NCBI GenBank assembly: GCA_963777165.1
Contig: CAVZPO010000023.1
Coordinates: forward strand, 479,644 to 543,643
DNA length: 64,000 bases
Reading direction: 5' to 3'
Source: an uncultured Chloroflexia bacterium
GTDB lineage: Bacteria > Chloroflexota > Anaerolineae > Anaerolineales > E44-bin32
The position numbers were made by a program, and so were the translations under genes. The notes beneath the pieces are model-generated. The model was not told where the DNA came from. It saw only the letters and a list, made by a program, of their open reading frames with translations, and did no database searches. Positions 48,405 to 59,609 of the stretch are shown one piece after another; within the stretch, counting starts at the first letter, position 1; each line of letters begins with the position of its first letter.

Positions 48405-49372
48405 CCGGTGGACTCCCCAAGCAGGTCGATGTCCGGTGGGCTGAAGACTCTGGAGGTCAATCCTTCGGGGACCAGGAGGCGAAGCGTGCGCCTGCGCGTC
48501 GAAAAAGCGGCAAACGAGCCGAGCGAAGTCGGCTCGCCATCGAGGTGAACGGGCAGCGGGTAGGCACACTCGAACGTCGCTTCGGCCGCCTGGAAATGAA
48601 CCACGCCGGGCGAGTCGACGTGCATGCCAAGGAGCACTTGGACCACGCGCACGACGGCGTCCACCATCGAGCCGCCGCTGATCAACCAGAAATCGAGCTG
48701 GCCGTCATCGACCATCGCCGATGGGGCGAGCTCCATTAGGCCCCCGGCATAGGAGCGGATGTTGGAGGCCACGGCTACCAGGAAGCGGCCTTCCCATGTG
48801 CGCTCACCGGACGTGACGCGCAGCTCGAGGCCGGTCCAGTCCAATGAAGTCCACAGGGTGAGGATCGCGTAGTTGAGAATGCCAAAGGTCTTCTCCCAGC
48901 GGTCGCGGGGCTCAATGCTATTGACCACCTTACCGTCGAGCCCCACACCGGCCCACAGCAGGAATGGCTTGCGATTGCATTCACCGAGATCGACCAGGCG
49001 GATCTGTCCCCGGGCGAGTTTGGCGGCAGTTTCCTCAACACCGAACCAGTGCGCCCAGTCCATGCGCGGCAGGCCGAGTTCCTGGGCGAAGACGTTGGCC
49101 GTCCCGGCCGGCAGCACGCCCATCGCCGTCGCGGTGCCGGCCAGTACGCCTGCGACCGGTCCCACCGAGCCATCGCCGCCGGCGACGAAGACTGCGTCCG
49201 CCTTGGCCGCCACCGCCAGGCGGGTGAGATCGGCCAGGTCGCGACCCGGATAACACTCGCCCACCTGGACGCTCCATCCGGCGCTCTCTAGCACCTTCAC
49301 CGCTCGATCGAGGAACGGCCCGGCAGGGAATCGGCCCGCCAGCGGGTTGTAGATCAGGTGCGCGCTTCGCAT
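48401..49372 (-). CDS. Diacylglycerol kinase (YegS/DgkB) family lipid kinase
   Basis: IYNPLAG, AGGDGS, LPAGTANVFA, GVGLDG, DDGQLD, HLDGE. Confidence 0.92.
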   Translation of the reverse strand: MRSAHLIYNPLAGRFPAGPFLDRAVKVLESAGWSVQVGECYPGRDLADLTRLAVAAKADAVFVAGGDGSVGPVAGVLAGTATAMGVLPAGTANVFAQELGLPRMDWAHWFGVEETAAKLARGQIRLVDLGECNRKPFLLWAGVGLDGKVVNSIEPRDRWEKTFGILNYAILTLWTSLDWTGLELRVTSGERTWEGRFLVAVASNIRSYAGGLMELAPSAMVDDGQLDFWLISGGSMVDAVVRVVQVLLGMHVDSPGVVHFQAAEATFECAYPLPVHLDGEPTSLGSFAAFSTRRRTLRLLVPEGLTSRVFSPPDIDLLGESTG

Positions 49373-49392
49373 CACTCTGCTCCGGGGAGGGG

Positions 49393-49448
49393 ATTATAGC
49401 CCAGCGCCGAGGCACGAGGTTGCCCGGGGACGCGGCGCCAGTTACAAT
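49393..49448. promoter_or_regulatory. Divergent promoters between the lipid kinase (-) and Ser/Thr kinase (+) genes
   Basis: Minus-strand TATAAT at 49393-49398. Plus-strand TTGCCC-N17-TACAAT at 49420-49448. Confidence 0.5.
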
Positions 49449-49461
49449 GCAGCCGCAAACC

Positions 49462-50517
49462 ATGACTGAACTCGCCCCAAACACACTCCTCGCCGGACGA
49501 TACACCATCCTCGGCCCCCTGGGTGCCGGCGGCATGGCAAACGTCTACCACGCCCGCGACCTGAACTTGCAGCGCGAGGTCGCCATCAAGCTCTTGCGGG
49601 AAGACCTGATCGCCGATCCCGCGTTCGAGGCGCGGTTCCTGCAGGAAGCACGCGCGGCCGCGAACCTGCTCCACCCTAACATCGTGACCGTCTACGACTT
49701 CGGGCACGATTCCGGCCGCATGTTCATGGCCATGGAATACGTTCAGGGGACCGACCTGAAGACGCTCCTTCGCCGGCGCGGCAGCCTGCCGATCGAAGAG
49801 AGCGTCGGCCTGGTCATCCAGGTCTGCGCCGGTGTGGGTTACGCTCACCGTGCCGGCCTGGTCCACTGCGATCTCAAGCCACAGAACATCCTCATCACCG
49901 CCGATGGCCGCGCCAAGATCACCGACTTCGGCATCGCCCGCGCCCTGGCCACCATCCACCCGGAGGAATACTCCGATGTCGTCTGGGGCAGCCCCCAGTA
50001 CTTTGCCCCCGAACAGGCCGCCGGCGGCCCGCCCTCCCCGGCCAGCGACGTGTACTCACTCGGCATCATCCTGTATGAAGTCCTCACCACTCGCCTGCCG
50101 TTCGAGGCCCCCGATTCGGCTCAGCTCGCCCACATGCACCAAACGGCGTCGCCTGCGCCGCCACGCAGCCTGAATCCGCTCGTCCCGGCCCCTCTCGAGC
50201 AGATTGTGTTCAAGGTGCTCTCGAAGGAGCCATCGGCCCGCTATCGAACCGCCGACCAACTCGGCCGGGTGCTGATGACCTTCGCCCCGCGGACGACCGT
50301 CGCGGACCTGCCGCCTCGGGCCCTCCCTGCCAGCGAGCCCAGCCACTCCCCGGAGGCGTTTACCGCGCCGCTTCCGCAGCTAGCGCCGGGTATGTCCGGG
50401 GTGGATTGGCTCGCCGTCGGCCTTGGCCTGCTGGCCTTCCTGGCTGTGGGAGGGCTGATCCCGCTCTGGTTGTGGGCCTGTCTGATGTACCCTTCCTGCC
50501 CGCTGCGGATCCCCTAA
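49462..50517 (+). CDS. PknB-like Ser/Thr protein kinase, C-terminally membrane-anchored, no PASTA domains
   Basis: LGAGGMANVY, VAIKLL, VHCDLKPQN, TDFGIAR, GSPQYFAPEQ, DVYSLG. A single TM helix at the C-terminus. Start is ATG 49462 or 49447. Confidence 0.92.
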   Translation: MTELAPNTLLAGRYTILGPLGAGGMANVYHARDLNLQREVAIKLLREDLIADPAFEARFLQEARAAANLLHPNIVTVYDFGHDSGRMFMAMEYVQGTDLKTLLRRRGSLPIEESVGLVIQVCAGVGYAHRAGLVHCDLKPQNILITADGRAKITDFGIARALATIHPEEYSDVVWGSPQYFAPEQAAGGPPSPASDVYSLGIILYEVLTTRLPFEAPDSAQLAHMHQTASPAPPRSLNPLVPAPLEQIVFKVLSKEPSARYRTADQLGRVLMTFAPRTTVADLPPRALPASEPSHSPEAFTAPLPQLAPGMSGVDWLAVGLGLLAFLAVGGLIPLWLWACLMYPSCPLRIP

Positions 50518-50619
50518 TGCAATTCTGATACACGCACTCTAGGATGGGCGGACGTCCGAGAGGTATAATCCGCTCGCGCCACCGTGCCCGTGCGGGGCGG
50601 CCGGGCGTGGAGGCTGAGC

Positions 50620-52482
<1,863 letters not shown>

Positions 52483-52513
52483 GCTCCAGCAGTGCGAGTA
52501 GCCGAGACTCCAA

Positions 52514-52544
52514 CGAGCCCTCCAACTGGAGGGCTCGCTTCTTG
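52514..52544. terminator. Terminator hairpin after ftsH
   Basis: CGAGCCCTCC-AACT-GGAGGGCTCG followed by CTTCTT. Confidence 0.7.
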
Positions 52545-52575
52545 ATGGCTGCACTTCGCCGGAAAGCTGCCGAGG

Positions 52576-54276
52576 CTACATGGGCACTGCCTCGCCCTGC
52601 TTCTCCCGATCCTGGCGAACCAGCTCGCGGCGCAGGATCTTGCCCACCGTCGTCTTGGGCAGCTCAGGCCGAAACTCGACGCTGGTCGGCACCTTGAACG
52701 GCGCCATGCGTTCCTTGCACCAGGCGCGCACGTCCTCTGCCGTCAGTGTCTCCCCGGGCTTCATCACCACCCAGGCCTTGACCGTCTCACCGCGGTAGGC
52801 ATCGGGGATCCCGGCCACACCGCATTCGAGGACTTTCGGGTGCTCGGTGATGACTTCCTCGACCTCGCGCGGCCAGACTTGGTAGCCGCCGGGCTTGATC
52901 AGTTCCTTCTTGCGGTCGACGATGTAGAAGTAGCCGTCCTCATCCATGCGGGCGATGTCGCCGGTGAACAGCCAGCCGTCACGCAGCGTGTTGGCCGTCT
53001 CGGTCGGCATGTTGTGGTAGCCCTTCATCACGTTCGGGCTTTGAATCGCCAGCTCGCCGACCTCCCCCACCTTCAAGGTGGTCGCGCCGTCATCCAGGGA
53101 GATGATGCGGCAATCAACGTCGGGCAGCGGCAGCCCGATCGATCCGGTCCGCGGCGCCTTGCTGTAGAGCGGATTGCAGTGCGTTGCCGTCGGCGCCTCG
53201 GACAGCCCGTACCCCTCCACCAGTTTTCCGCCGGTGATCGACTCGAACCGCTCCTTGGTGTCGCGCATCAACGGCGCCGAACCGGAGATGCAGGCTTTGA
53301 TCGAGCGCAGGTCGTGCTTGCCGGCGATGACTTCGGGGTGGTTGTTGATGGCGTTGTACATCGTCGGCACGCCCGGAAAGATCGACGGGTGGTAACGGTC
53401 AATATTGTCCAACACGTCTTTCAAGTCGCGCGGGTTTGGCACCATCACCATCGAGGCACCGATGACGATGGCGAGGGTCATCCCGGCCACCATGCCGTAG
53501 ACATGGAAGAGCGGGATGGCCATCAGCACGGTCTCATGCCCCTCCCGGGTGTCCGGCATCCAGGAACGGATCTGAATCCCGTTGACCACCAGGTTGTAGT
53601 GAGTCGAAACGGCCGCTTTCGCTATCCCGGTCGTGCCGCCGCTGTACTGGAAGATGGCCAGGTCCGCGTGTGTCAGGTTGAGCTTGGGGCGGTCCTGCGG
53701 CTTGTATTTCACCAACAAATCCTGGAACCAGACGTCGCCCGCGCCCAGCGTCACGCGGTGGCCGTCCTTCTTCTCCTTGGCCAGGGTGAACAGCGTACGC
53801 AACAGAGGCGGCAGGTATTCCTTGATGTTAGTGACGACAAGCGTCTTGAGCCGCGTGCGGCTCTGGACCTCCTTGGTCTTGGCGTAGAAATTGCTCATCA
53901 CCAGCATGATCTCGCACCCGGCGTCCTTCATCTGGTGCTCGATCTCGCGCGGCGTGTAGAGCGGGTTGGTGGCCACCACGGCCCCGCCGGCCTTCAGGAT
54001 GGCGAAAAAGGCGATCACGAACTGAGGCGAATTCGGCATGAAGATCCCGACGGGATCGCCGCGCTTGACGCCCAGCGCCGCCAGGGCGCCGGCCATCCGG
54101 TCGCTCAGGGCGTTCATCTCGGCGTACGAGACGACGCCGCCTTTGAAGATCGTGCAGGGTTGGTTGGGGTACTTGCGGGCGGTTTCTTCGAGCAGCTGGA
54201 TGAGGGTCACCTTGGGGTAGTCGACATGGGTCGGGACTCCGGGATCGTACTGCCTGAGCCAGGGACGCTCCTCCAT
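52576..54276 (-). CDS. Long-chain fatty acid-CoA ligase (FadD-like)
   Basis: QYSGGTTGIAKA, PLFHVYG, EGYGLSE, FTGDIARMDEDG, IVDRKKELI, LPKTTVGKILRR. GAGGAG RBS. Confidence 0.93.
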   Translation of the reverse strand: MEERPWLRQYDPGVPTHVDYPKVTLIQLLEETARKYPNQPCTIFKGGVVSYAEMNALSDRMAGALAALGVKRGDPVGIFMPNSPQFVIAFFAILKAGGAVVATNPLYTPREIEHQMKDAGCEIMLVMSNFYAKTKEVQSRTRLKTLVVTNIKEYLPPLLRTLFTLAKEKKDGHRVTLGAGDVWFQDLLVKYKPQDRPKLNLTHADLAIFQYSGGTTGIAKAAVSTHYNLVVNGIQIRSWMPDTREGHETVLMAIPLFHVYGMVAGMTLAIVIGASMVMVPNPRDLKDVLDNIDRYHPSIFPGVPTMYNAINNHPEVIAGKHDLRSIKACISGSAPLMRDTKERFESITGGKLVEGYGLSEAPTATHCNPLYSKAPRTGSIGLPLPDVDCRIISLDDGATTLKVGEVGELAIQSPNVMKGYHNMPTETANTLRDGWLFTGDIARMDEDGYFYIVDRKKELIKPGGYQVWPREVEEVITEHPKVLECGVAGIPDAYRGETVKAWVVMKPGETLTAEDVRAWCKERMAPFKVPTSVEFRPELPKTTVGKILRRELVRQDREKQGEAVPM

Positions 54277-54472
54277 GCTGATCTCCTCTTGTAGGGCGAA
54301 GCGAGGCCGGGGATGCCTCACATCTTTTATACAATGGAACACGCCCTGCTCCAACCGCCTGTGATAGAATCACGCCGCGGGACCACCCCGCGACCGTGTC
54401 CTCCTGCCCCGCCGACCCTGCAGCGGGATCCCAGTCCGACGCTGGCCCCCACCGCTCCGGAGGAGTAGGCTA

Positions 54473-55798
54473 GTGAAGACCCTGAACCTGCCTGGTCCAA
54501 AGGCGCGCCAGATCCTCGAGCGCGACGCCAACGTCATCTCCCCGTCCTATCCCCGGGCCTACCCGTTCGTAATGGACTACGGCCGAGGCGCCGAGGCGTG
54601 GGACGTCGACGGGAATCGCTACATCGACCTTGCCGCCGGGATTGCCGTGGCCTCTACCGGCCACAGCCACCCCAAAGTGGTGGCGGCAATCAAGGACCAA
54701 GCCGACCGTTTTCTGCACATATCATCGGACTACTACCACCCGCTGTGGGTCGAGCTGTGCGAACGACTGGACGAGATCTCCCCGTTCCAGGAGCAGGCGC
54801 GCACTTTCCTGGGCAACTCGGGGGCGGAGGCCATCGAGGCCGCCATTAAGCTTGCCCGGCACCACACCGGCCGGCAGCAATTCATCGGCTTCTACGGCGG
54901 CTTCCACGGCCGGACGATGGGCGCCCTGTCCTTCACCGCCAGCAAGACGGTGTACCGGCGCGGATTCCAACCAATGATGCAGGGTGTCGTCCATGTGCCC
55001 TTCCCCGACCCCTATCGGCCGATTCTGAACGTCGATCACGAGGACTATGGCGAGGCAGTCGTCCGCTACATCGAGGAAGTCGTGCTGACCCGCGCGGTGC
55101 CCCCGGATGACTGCGCCGCCGTGTTGGTCGAACCGATTCAGGGCGAGGGAGGCTATATCGTTCCGGCCGACGGCTTCTTCCCCGCCCTGCGCCGCCTGTG
55201 CGACAAGTACGGCATCTTGATGATCGTCGACGAGGTTCAGTCCGGCGTCGGCCGAACCGGGAAATGGTGGGCCGTCGAGAACTGGGGCGTCGAGCCGGAT
55301 ATCGTCTGCGCCGCCAAGGGCCTGGCCTCGGGTGTCCCGATCGGTGCGGCGATTGCCCGGGCCAGCGTGATGGACTGGCCGGCCGGCTCGCACGGCAATA
55401 CCTTCGGCGGCAATCCCCTGGCCTGCGCTGCGGGCCTCGCCACGCTCGACCTGATTCAGAACGGTCTGATGCAGAACGCCCTCGAGCTGGGAGAGTACAC
55501 GCTCGACGCGCTGGCCGAAATCCAGACCCGCCACCGCACCATCGGCGCCGTGCGCGGCAAGGGCCTGATGATCGGCATCGAGTTCGTCAAGGACCGCGAG
55601 ACCAAGAAACCCGCCCGGAAACTTCGCGACACGATTGAGCTCAACGCCTTCGCTCACGGCCTGCTGACCCTGGGCTGCGGCGACAGCACCCTGCGCATCA
55701 GCCCGCCGCTGGTCATCGACAAGTCCCTGATGGATGAGGGGCTGGAGATCCTGGAAGCGTCGATCACGGAAGCGGAGGCTGAAGGCCTCGCCGACTGA
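54473..55798 (+). CDS. Class III PLP aminotransferase (acetylornithine/4-aminobutyrate family)
   Basis: DVDGNRYIDL, NSGAEA, GFHGRT, EPIQGEGG, DEVQSGVGRTG, AKGLASG (PLP Lys), HGNTFGGNP. GGAGGAG RBS. Confidence 0.93.
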   Translation: MKTLNLPGPKARQILERDANVISPSYPRAYPFVMDYGRGAEAWDVDGNRYIDLAAGIAVASTGHSHPKVVAAIKDQADRFLHISSDYYHPLWVELCERLDEISPFQEQARTFLGNSGAEAIEAAIKLARHHTGRQQFIGFYGGFHGRTMGALSFTASKTVYRRGFQPMMQGVVHVPFPDPYRPILNVDHEDYGEAVVRYIEEVVLTRAVPPDDCAAVLVEPIQGEGGYIVPADGFFPALRRLCDKYGILMIVDEVQSGVGRTGKWWAVENWGVEPDIVCAAKGLASGVPIGAAIARASVMDWPAGSHGNTFGGNPLACAAGLATLDLIQNGLMQNALELGEYTLDALAEIQTRHRTIGAVRGKGLMIGIEFVKDRETKKPARKLRDTIELNAFAHGLLTLGCGDSTLRISPPLVIDKSLMDEGLEILEASITEAEAEGLAD

Positions 55799-55800
55799 TC

Positions 55801-57351
55801 ATGCTCCCTGATTTCCGCGTCCGGCAGCGCGACTACCTTCTCGAAATCACCCGCGCCCTCACCGAAGAGCTCGACCTTGACCGGGTGCTCGACCGCATCG
55901 CCCGCATCTCGGCCGAGATCCTCGGGGGGCGCGCCTGCCTGATCGTCCTGCGCCACGATGGGGGCTGGAAGGTCAGCGCCTCCCACGGGATCAACCCCGC
56001 GTTTCTCGAACATTTGAGCCCGCTGCTGACTGACATCCCCGACCACGGTGATCCGCAGCGATTCGAGCTTCCGGAAGTCAACCGCCGCCTGCAGCGCATC
56101 ACGCAGGCGGCGTCGATGGGATTGCTGACCGGCGTCGGGCTTCCGCTCATCGCCCACCAGGAGATCGTCGGCGTCATCTTCGTCTTCCGGTCGTACGCCG
56201 GGGGTTTCTCCACCGAGGACCGCACCCTGCTCCAGGGCTTCGCCACGCAGGCGGCCATCGCCGTCCACAATGCCCGGCTGTACACCGCCGTCACGGCCCA
56301 GAAGCAGGACGTGACCGCCGTGCTTGAGTCGTCCGCCGACGGCATCTTCATCCTCGATCCCCGGATGCGATTCGTCGGATTCAACCGTGCCTGCGCCCGC
56401 TTGACCGGCGTCCCGGCGGACACGGCGATCGGACAGGAACACAGCGAGGTGATCCGCTGGCTGCGCCGCGAGCCCGGGCTCGGGCTGGAGGACGCCGTCG
56501 CCGGCGGATGGCCGCTGTCTGCCCAGGCGACCCTGTATGTTGAGGGCGATCTCCTGAGGCACGGCGGCGAACCGCTCAGCGTTGGGATCACCTACGCCCC
56601 GGCGCTCTCCCCCGAGGGACAGCTACGCAGCATCGTGGGCAACCTGCGCGACATCACCAAGTTCCGCGAGGCCGAGGAACTCAAGAGTACCTTCATCTCG
56701 ATCATCAGCCACGAACTGCGCACGCCGGTGGCGCTGATCAAAGGCTACGTCGGCACGCTGCGCCGCGAGGATGCCCAGTGGGATCCGGCCGTGGTGCGCG
56801 ACAGCCTGGCCGTGATCGAAGAGGAGGCAGATCACCTTGCGCAGCTGATCGATGATCTCCTCGATGCCTCCCGGCTGCAGGCAGGCGGGATGACCCTGCA
56901 GCGTTCGGACGTCGCCCTGGATCAACTCGCCAGCCGATTGGTCGAGCAATTCCGCACACAGACCGCGCGGCACGAATTTGCAGTTGAGTTCCCGCCGAAC
57001 TTCCCGGTTGTGCTCGCAGACGAAGATCGCATGACCCAGGTGCTCAGCAACCTGATCTCCAACGCCGTCAAGTATTCTCCCGACGGCGGAACGATCACCC
57101 TGCGAGGCCTGGTACGCCCGACCGAGGTGATCCTGAGCGTGGCCGACCAGGGCCCGGGGATCACCGCCCAGGATGCGCCGCGCGTCTTCGACCGGTTCTA
57201 CCGTTCGAGCGACACAGCGCGCAAGACCAAAGGCGCCGGACTAGGTCTCTTCCTGGCCAAGGCAGTTGTCGAGGCGCACGGCGGGCGCATCTGGCTGGAG
57301 CCGCAGACCGAACCGGGAGCACGCATTAGCTTCTCACTGCCGCGATCCTGA
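55801..57351 (+). CDS. Soluble GAF-PAS sensor histidine kinase
   Basis: GAF region (FATQAAIAVHNARLY), PAS, SHELRTP (H box), NLISNAVKYS, DQGPGI, GAGLGL. Confidence 0.93.
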   Translation: MLPDFRVRQRDYLLEITRALTEELDLDRVLDRIARISAEILGGRACLIVLRHDGGWKVSASHGINPAFLEHLSPLLTDIPDHGDPQRFELPEVNRRLQRITQAASMGLLTGVGLPLIAHQEIVGVIFVFRSYAGGFSTEDRTLLQGFATQAAIAVHNARLYTAVTAQKQDVTAVLESSADGIFILDPRMRFVGFNRACARLTGVPADTAIGQEHSEVIRWLRREPGLGLEDAVAGGWPLSAQATLYVEGDLLRHGGEPLSVGITYAPALSPEGQLRSIVGNLRDITKFREAEELKSTFISIISHELRTPVALIKGYVGTLRREDAQWDPAVVRDSLAVIEEEADHLAQLIDDLLDASRLQAGGMTLQRSDVALDQLASRLVEQFRTQTARHEFAVEFPPNFPVVLADEDRMTQVLSNLISNAVKYSPDGGTITLRGLVRPTEVILSVADQGPGITAQDAPRVFDRFYRSSDTARKTKGAGLGLFLAKAVVEAHGGRIWLEPQTEPGARISFSLPRS

Positions 57352-57386
57352 GAACGTACCCATCCTTCACGATAGGACCCGATCCC

Positions 57387-58754
57387 ATGCCTCGAGCGAT
57401 GACGCAAGTCCGCTGCCCGAACTGCAAGTCCCCGGTGCAAGCCGCGCTGGAGCAATTGATCGACGTCGCCGAAGATCCTTCGGCCAAAGCCCGACTGCTC
57501 TCCGGCTCGCTCAACATGGTGCGCTGCCCGACGTGCAAGTTCGAGGGCGCGCTCGCCGCCCCCCTGGTCTACCATGACCCGGCGAAGGAGCTCTTGCTCA
57601 CTTACGTCCCTGTCGAATTGGGGCTGAAGAAAGACGACCAGGAGCGCTTGCTCGGTCAGTTGATCAACCAGGTGGCCAGCCGACTGCCGCCGGAGAAGCG
57701 CAAGGCCTACCTGCTTCAGCCTCAGGCGATCCTCACGCAGCAAGGCCTGGTCGAACGCATTCTGGCGGCCGACGGCGTCACCCGCGAGCAGCTGGACGCA
57801 CAGCGTAATCGGCTGCGATTGTTCGAGGACCTGCTGCGCACGCAGGAGCCTGAGATCAAGACGTTTGTCGAAACGCACGATGCCGAGTTGAATGCCGAGT
57901 TCTTCCAGCTTGCTTCGCTCTCCTTGCAGGCGACGGCGGAACCTCGCGCCCGCGAGGCCGCCATGAGCAGGCTCGAACAGGCCCTCGAGCTGACGAGCTA
58001 TGGCAAGCGTCTGGAAGAGCAGGAAGCCGAGGTCGCGGCCGCTGCGGACAGCCTGAAACAGGTGGGGCAGGACCTGACACGCGAGCGGCTGCTCGAGCTG
58101 ATGATTCAGGCCCCGGGTCCGGATCGGGTCCTGGCTCTGGCCGGGCTGACCCGCCCGGCGCTGGACTACGCGTTCTTTCAGCTGCTCAGCGACCGGATCG
58201 ACACGGCACAGGGTGAGGAGAAGGTTAAGCTCGGATTACTTCGCCAGCAGTTGCTTGACTTCACGCAGCAGGTCGACCAGCTCCAGGAGGCCCGCGCGGC
58301 GCAGTCGGCCTCGGTCCTGCGAGCGATCATGAACGCGTCGGACCTGGACCAGGCGCTGGCCGGCGCCCTACCCTACATCGACGAACTCTTCCTTGGCATT
58401 CTCGAGGCCAATCTGCAGGCTGCCCGCGAACGCAACGACGCGGCGACGCTTCAGCGCCTGGAGGAGATCGATCGCAAGCTGCGCGAGGCCGTTCAGCGCT
58501 CGATGCCCGCCGGTCTGAGGCTAGCCCAGAAGGTGCTGGACGTCGAAGATGAGCCTCAGGCCCTTGCGCTGCTGGAGGTTGAGAAGGCGGCGATCGATGA
58601 TCAGCTCGTTTCGGCGCTGCTCGGCGCGGCGCAGAAACTCGAGGATGCCGGTCAGACCGACGACGCCCAGCGTGTGCGGCGTTTGTATCGGACGGCGCTA
58701 CGCCTATCGATGCAGACCAAGATGAAGGCTGAACCGCCGGCCGCGGCCAGCTGA
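57387..58754 (+). CDS. CpXC-domain protein
   Basis: N-terminal CPNC...CPTC zinc-ribbon-like pair and PLVYHDPAKELLL, followed by a long helical region. Confidence 0.8.
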   Translation: MPRAMTQVRCPNCKSPVQAALEQLIDVAEDPSAKARLLSGSLNMVRCPTCKFEGALAAPLVYHDPAKELLLTYVPVELGLKKDDQERLLGQLINQVASRLPPEKRKAYLLQPQAILTQQGLVERILAADGVTREQLDAQRNRLRLFEDLLRTQEPEIKTFVETHDAELNAEFFQLASLSLQATAEPRAREAAMSRLEQALELTSYGKRLEEQEAEVAAAADSLKQVGQDLTRERLLELMIQAPGPDRVLALAGLTRPALDYAFFQLLSDRIDTAQGEEKVKLGLLRQQLLDFTQQVDQLQEARAAQSASVLRAIMNASDLDQALAGALPYIDELFLGILEANLQAARERNDAATLQRLEEIDRKLREAVQRSMPAGLRLAQKVLDVEDEPQALALLEVEKAAIDDQLVSALLGAAQKLEDAGQTDDAQRVRRLYRTALRLSMQTKMKAEPPAAAS

Positions 58755-58809
58755 GCCCGAAGCGGCCCGCGCCCATCACCGGCCAAAACCCTCACACCCC
58801 CATGAACAC

Positions 58810-59460
58810 CTTACGGGCACGGCATGCCGTGCCCCTACACATGCACCCGATCGCTACGCCCAATGCTCTCGGTTCGCACCACGTGCCTCTCGCCACAGCT
58901 TATGGGCTACGTCCCCTGCCGCAACCTCCGCCGGCCCCTTGACGGACGCAGGCTGAAGCCTGCGGCTACCAGCCCGCGATGAGTTCCGCGCTGGTGACGG
59001 CCCATCGCCCCGCCGACGCGCGTAGCCGCAGCCTTTAGGCTGCGTCCCTGCCGCGGGCACAAGCTCCCCCGGGTCCGTGAGGGGAACAGGCTGAAGACCG
59101 GGGGTTATCAGCCCGCGATGAGCCCTTCCGGCGACGGCCGATCGCCCCGCCGGGCTTCGCGGCACGAGCGGTGCTTCGCCCCTTCGAAGATCGGGGCGAC
59201 CCGACCGCGGATTGAAGCCTCGCCTGTCCATTAGACCCTTGACACGAACGGACACCGTAGGGGCACAGCACGCCATACCCCTACCCGCCCCGCCAAACGG
59301 CCTGCAACGGAGGCAGCCACACGGAATGTCGTAGGGGCGAAGCATGCTTCGCCCCTACCAGGATCGGGGTGCTCCCCCCGCGGTCTTAAGCGTTGCGTCT
59401 TGATCCAGACATCGACATTAACGGGCGGCGTAAGAGACCAGTATGCCCTGCCCCGGTGAA
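58810..59460. repeat. Cluster of GTAG-type REP-like palindromes (two families) in degenerate tandem units
   Basis: Family A: perfect 28-bp palindrome GTAGGGGCGAAGCATGCTTCGCCCCTAC (59331-59358), with variants at 58815-58838 and 59257-59284. Family B: GTAGCCGCAGCCTTTAGGCTGCG (59022-59044) and an inverted copy at 58947-58969, with decayed copies near 58890 and 59088. Confidence 0.8.
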
Positions 59461-59609
59461 TGCATCCGATCTACACGCCCTCTGCTGCCGACTCGCCCAT
59501 TGTGCCCGCCGGTGCGGCATCAAAACCACGTTCCCGCCGCGGCCGCCGACGCGTGAGCCATCCTGCAGGACACCGGTCGGAGTCAAGCGCAGGCTGTGAG
59601 CGGCTCTCG

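Noticed and set aside
54360..54470. Possible riboswitch upstream of the aminotransferase
   Set aside because: Only short GC hairpins are present, with no recognisable aptamer consensus.
58790..59600. Possible CRISPR array or protein-coding ORFs (58854..59345, 59035..59271)
   Set aside because: The repeats are degenerate, of two families, irregularly spaced and in alternating orientation, with duplicated rather than unique spacers. No cas genes are present. The ORFs have no RBS or protein-like composition.
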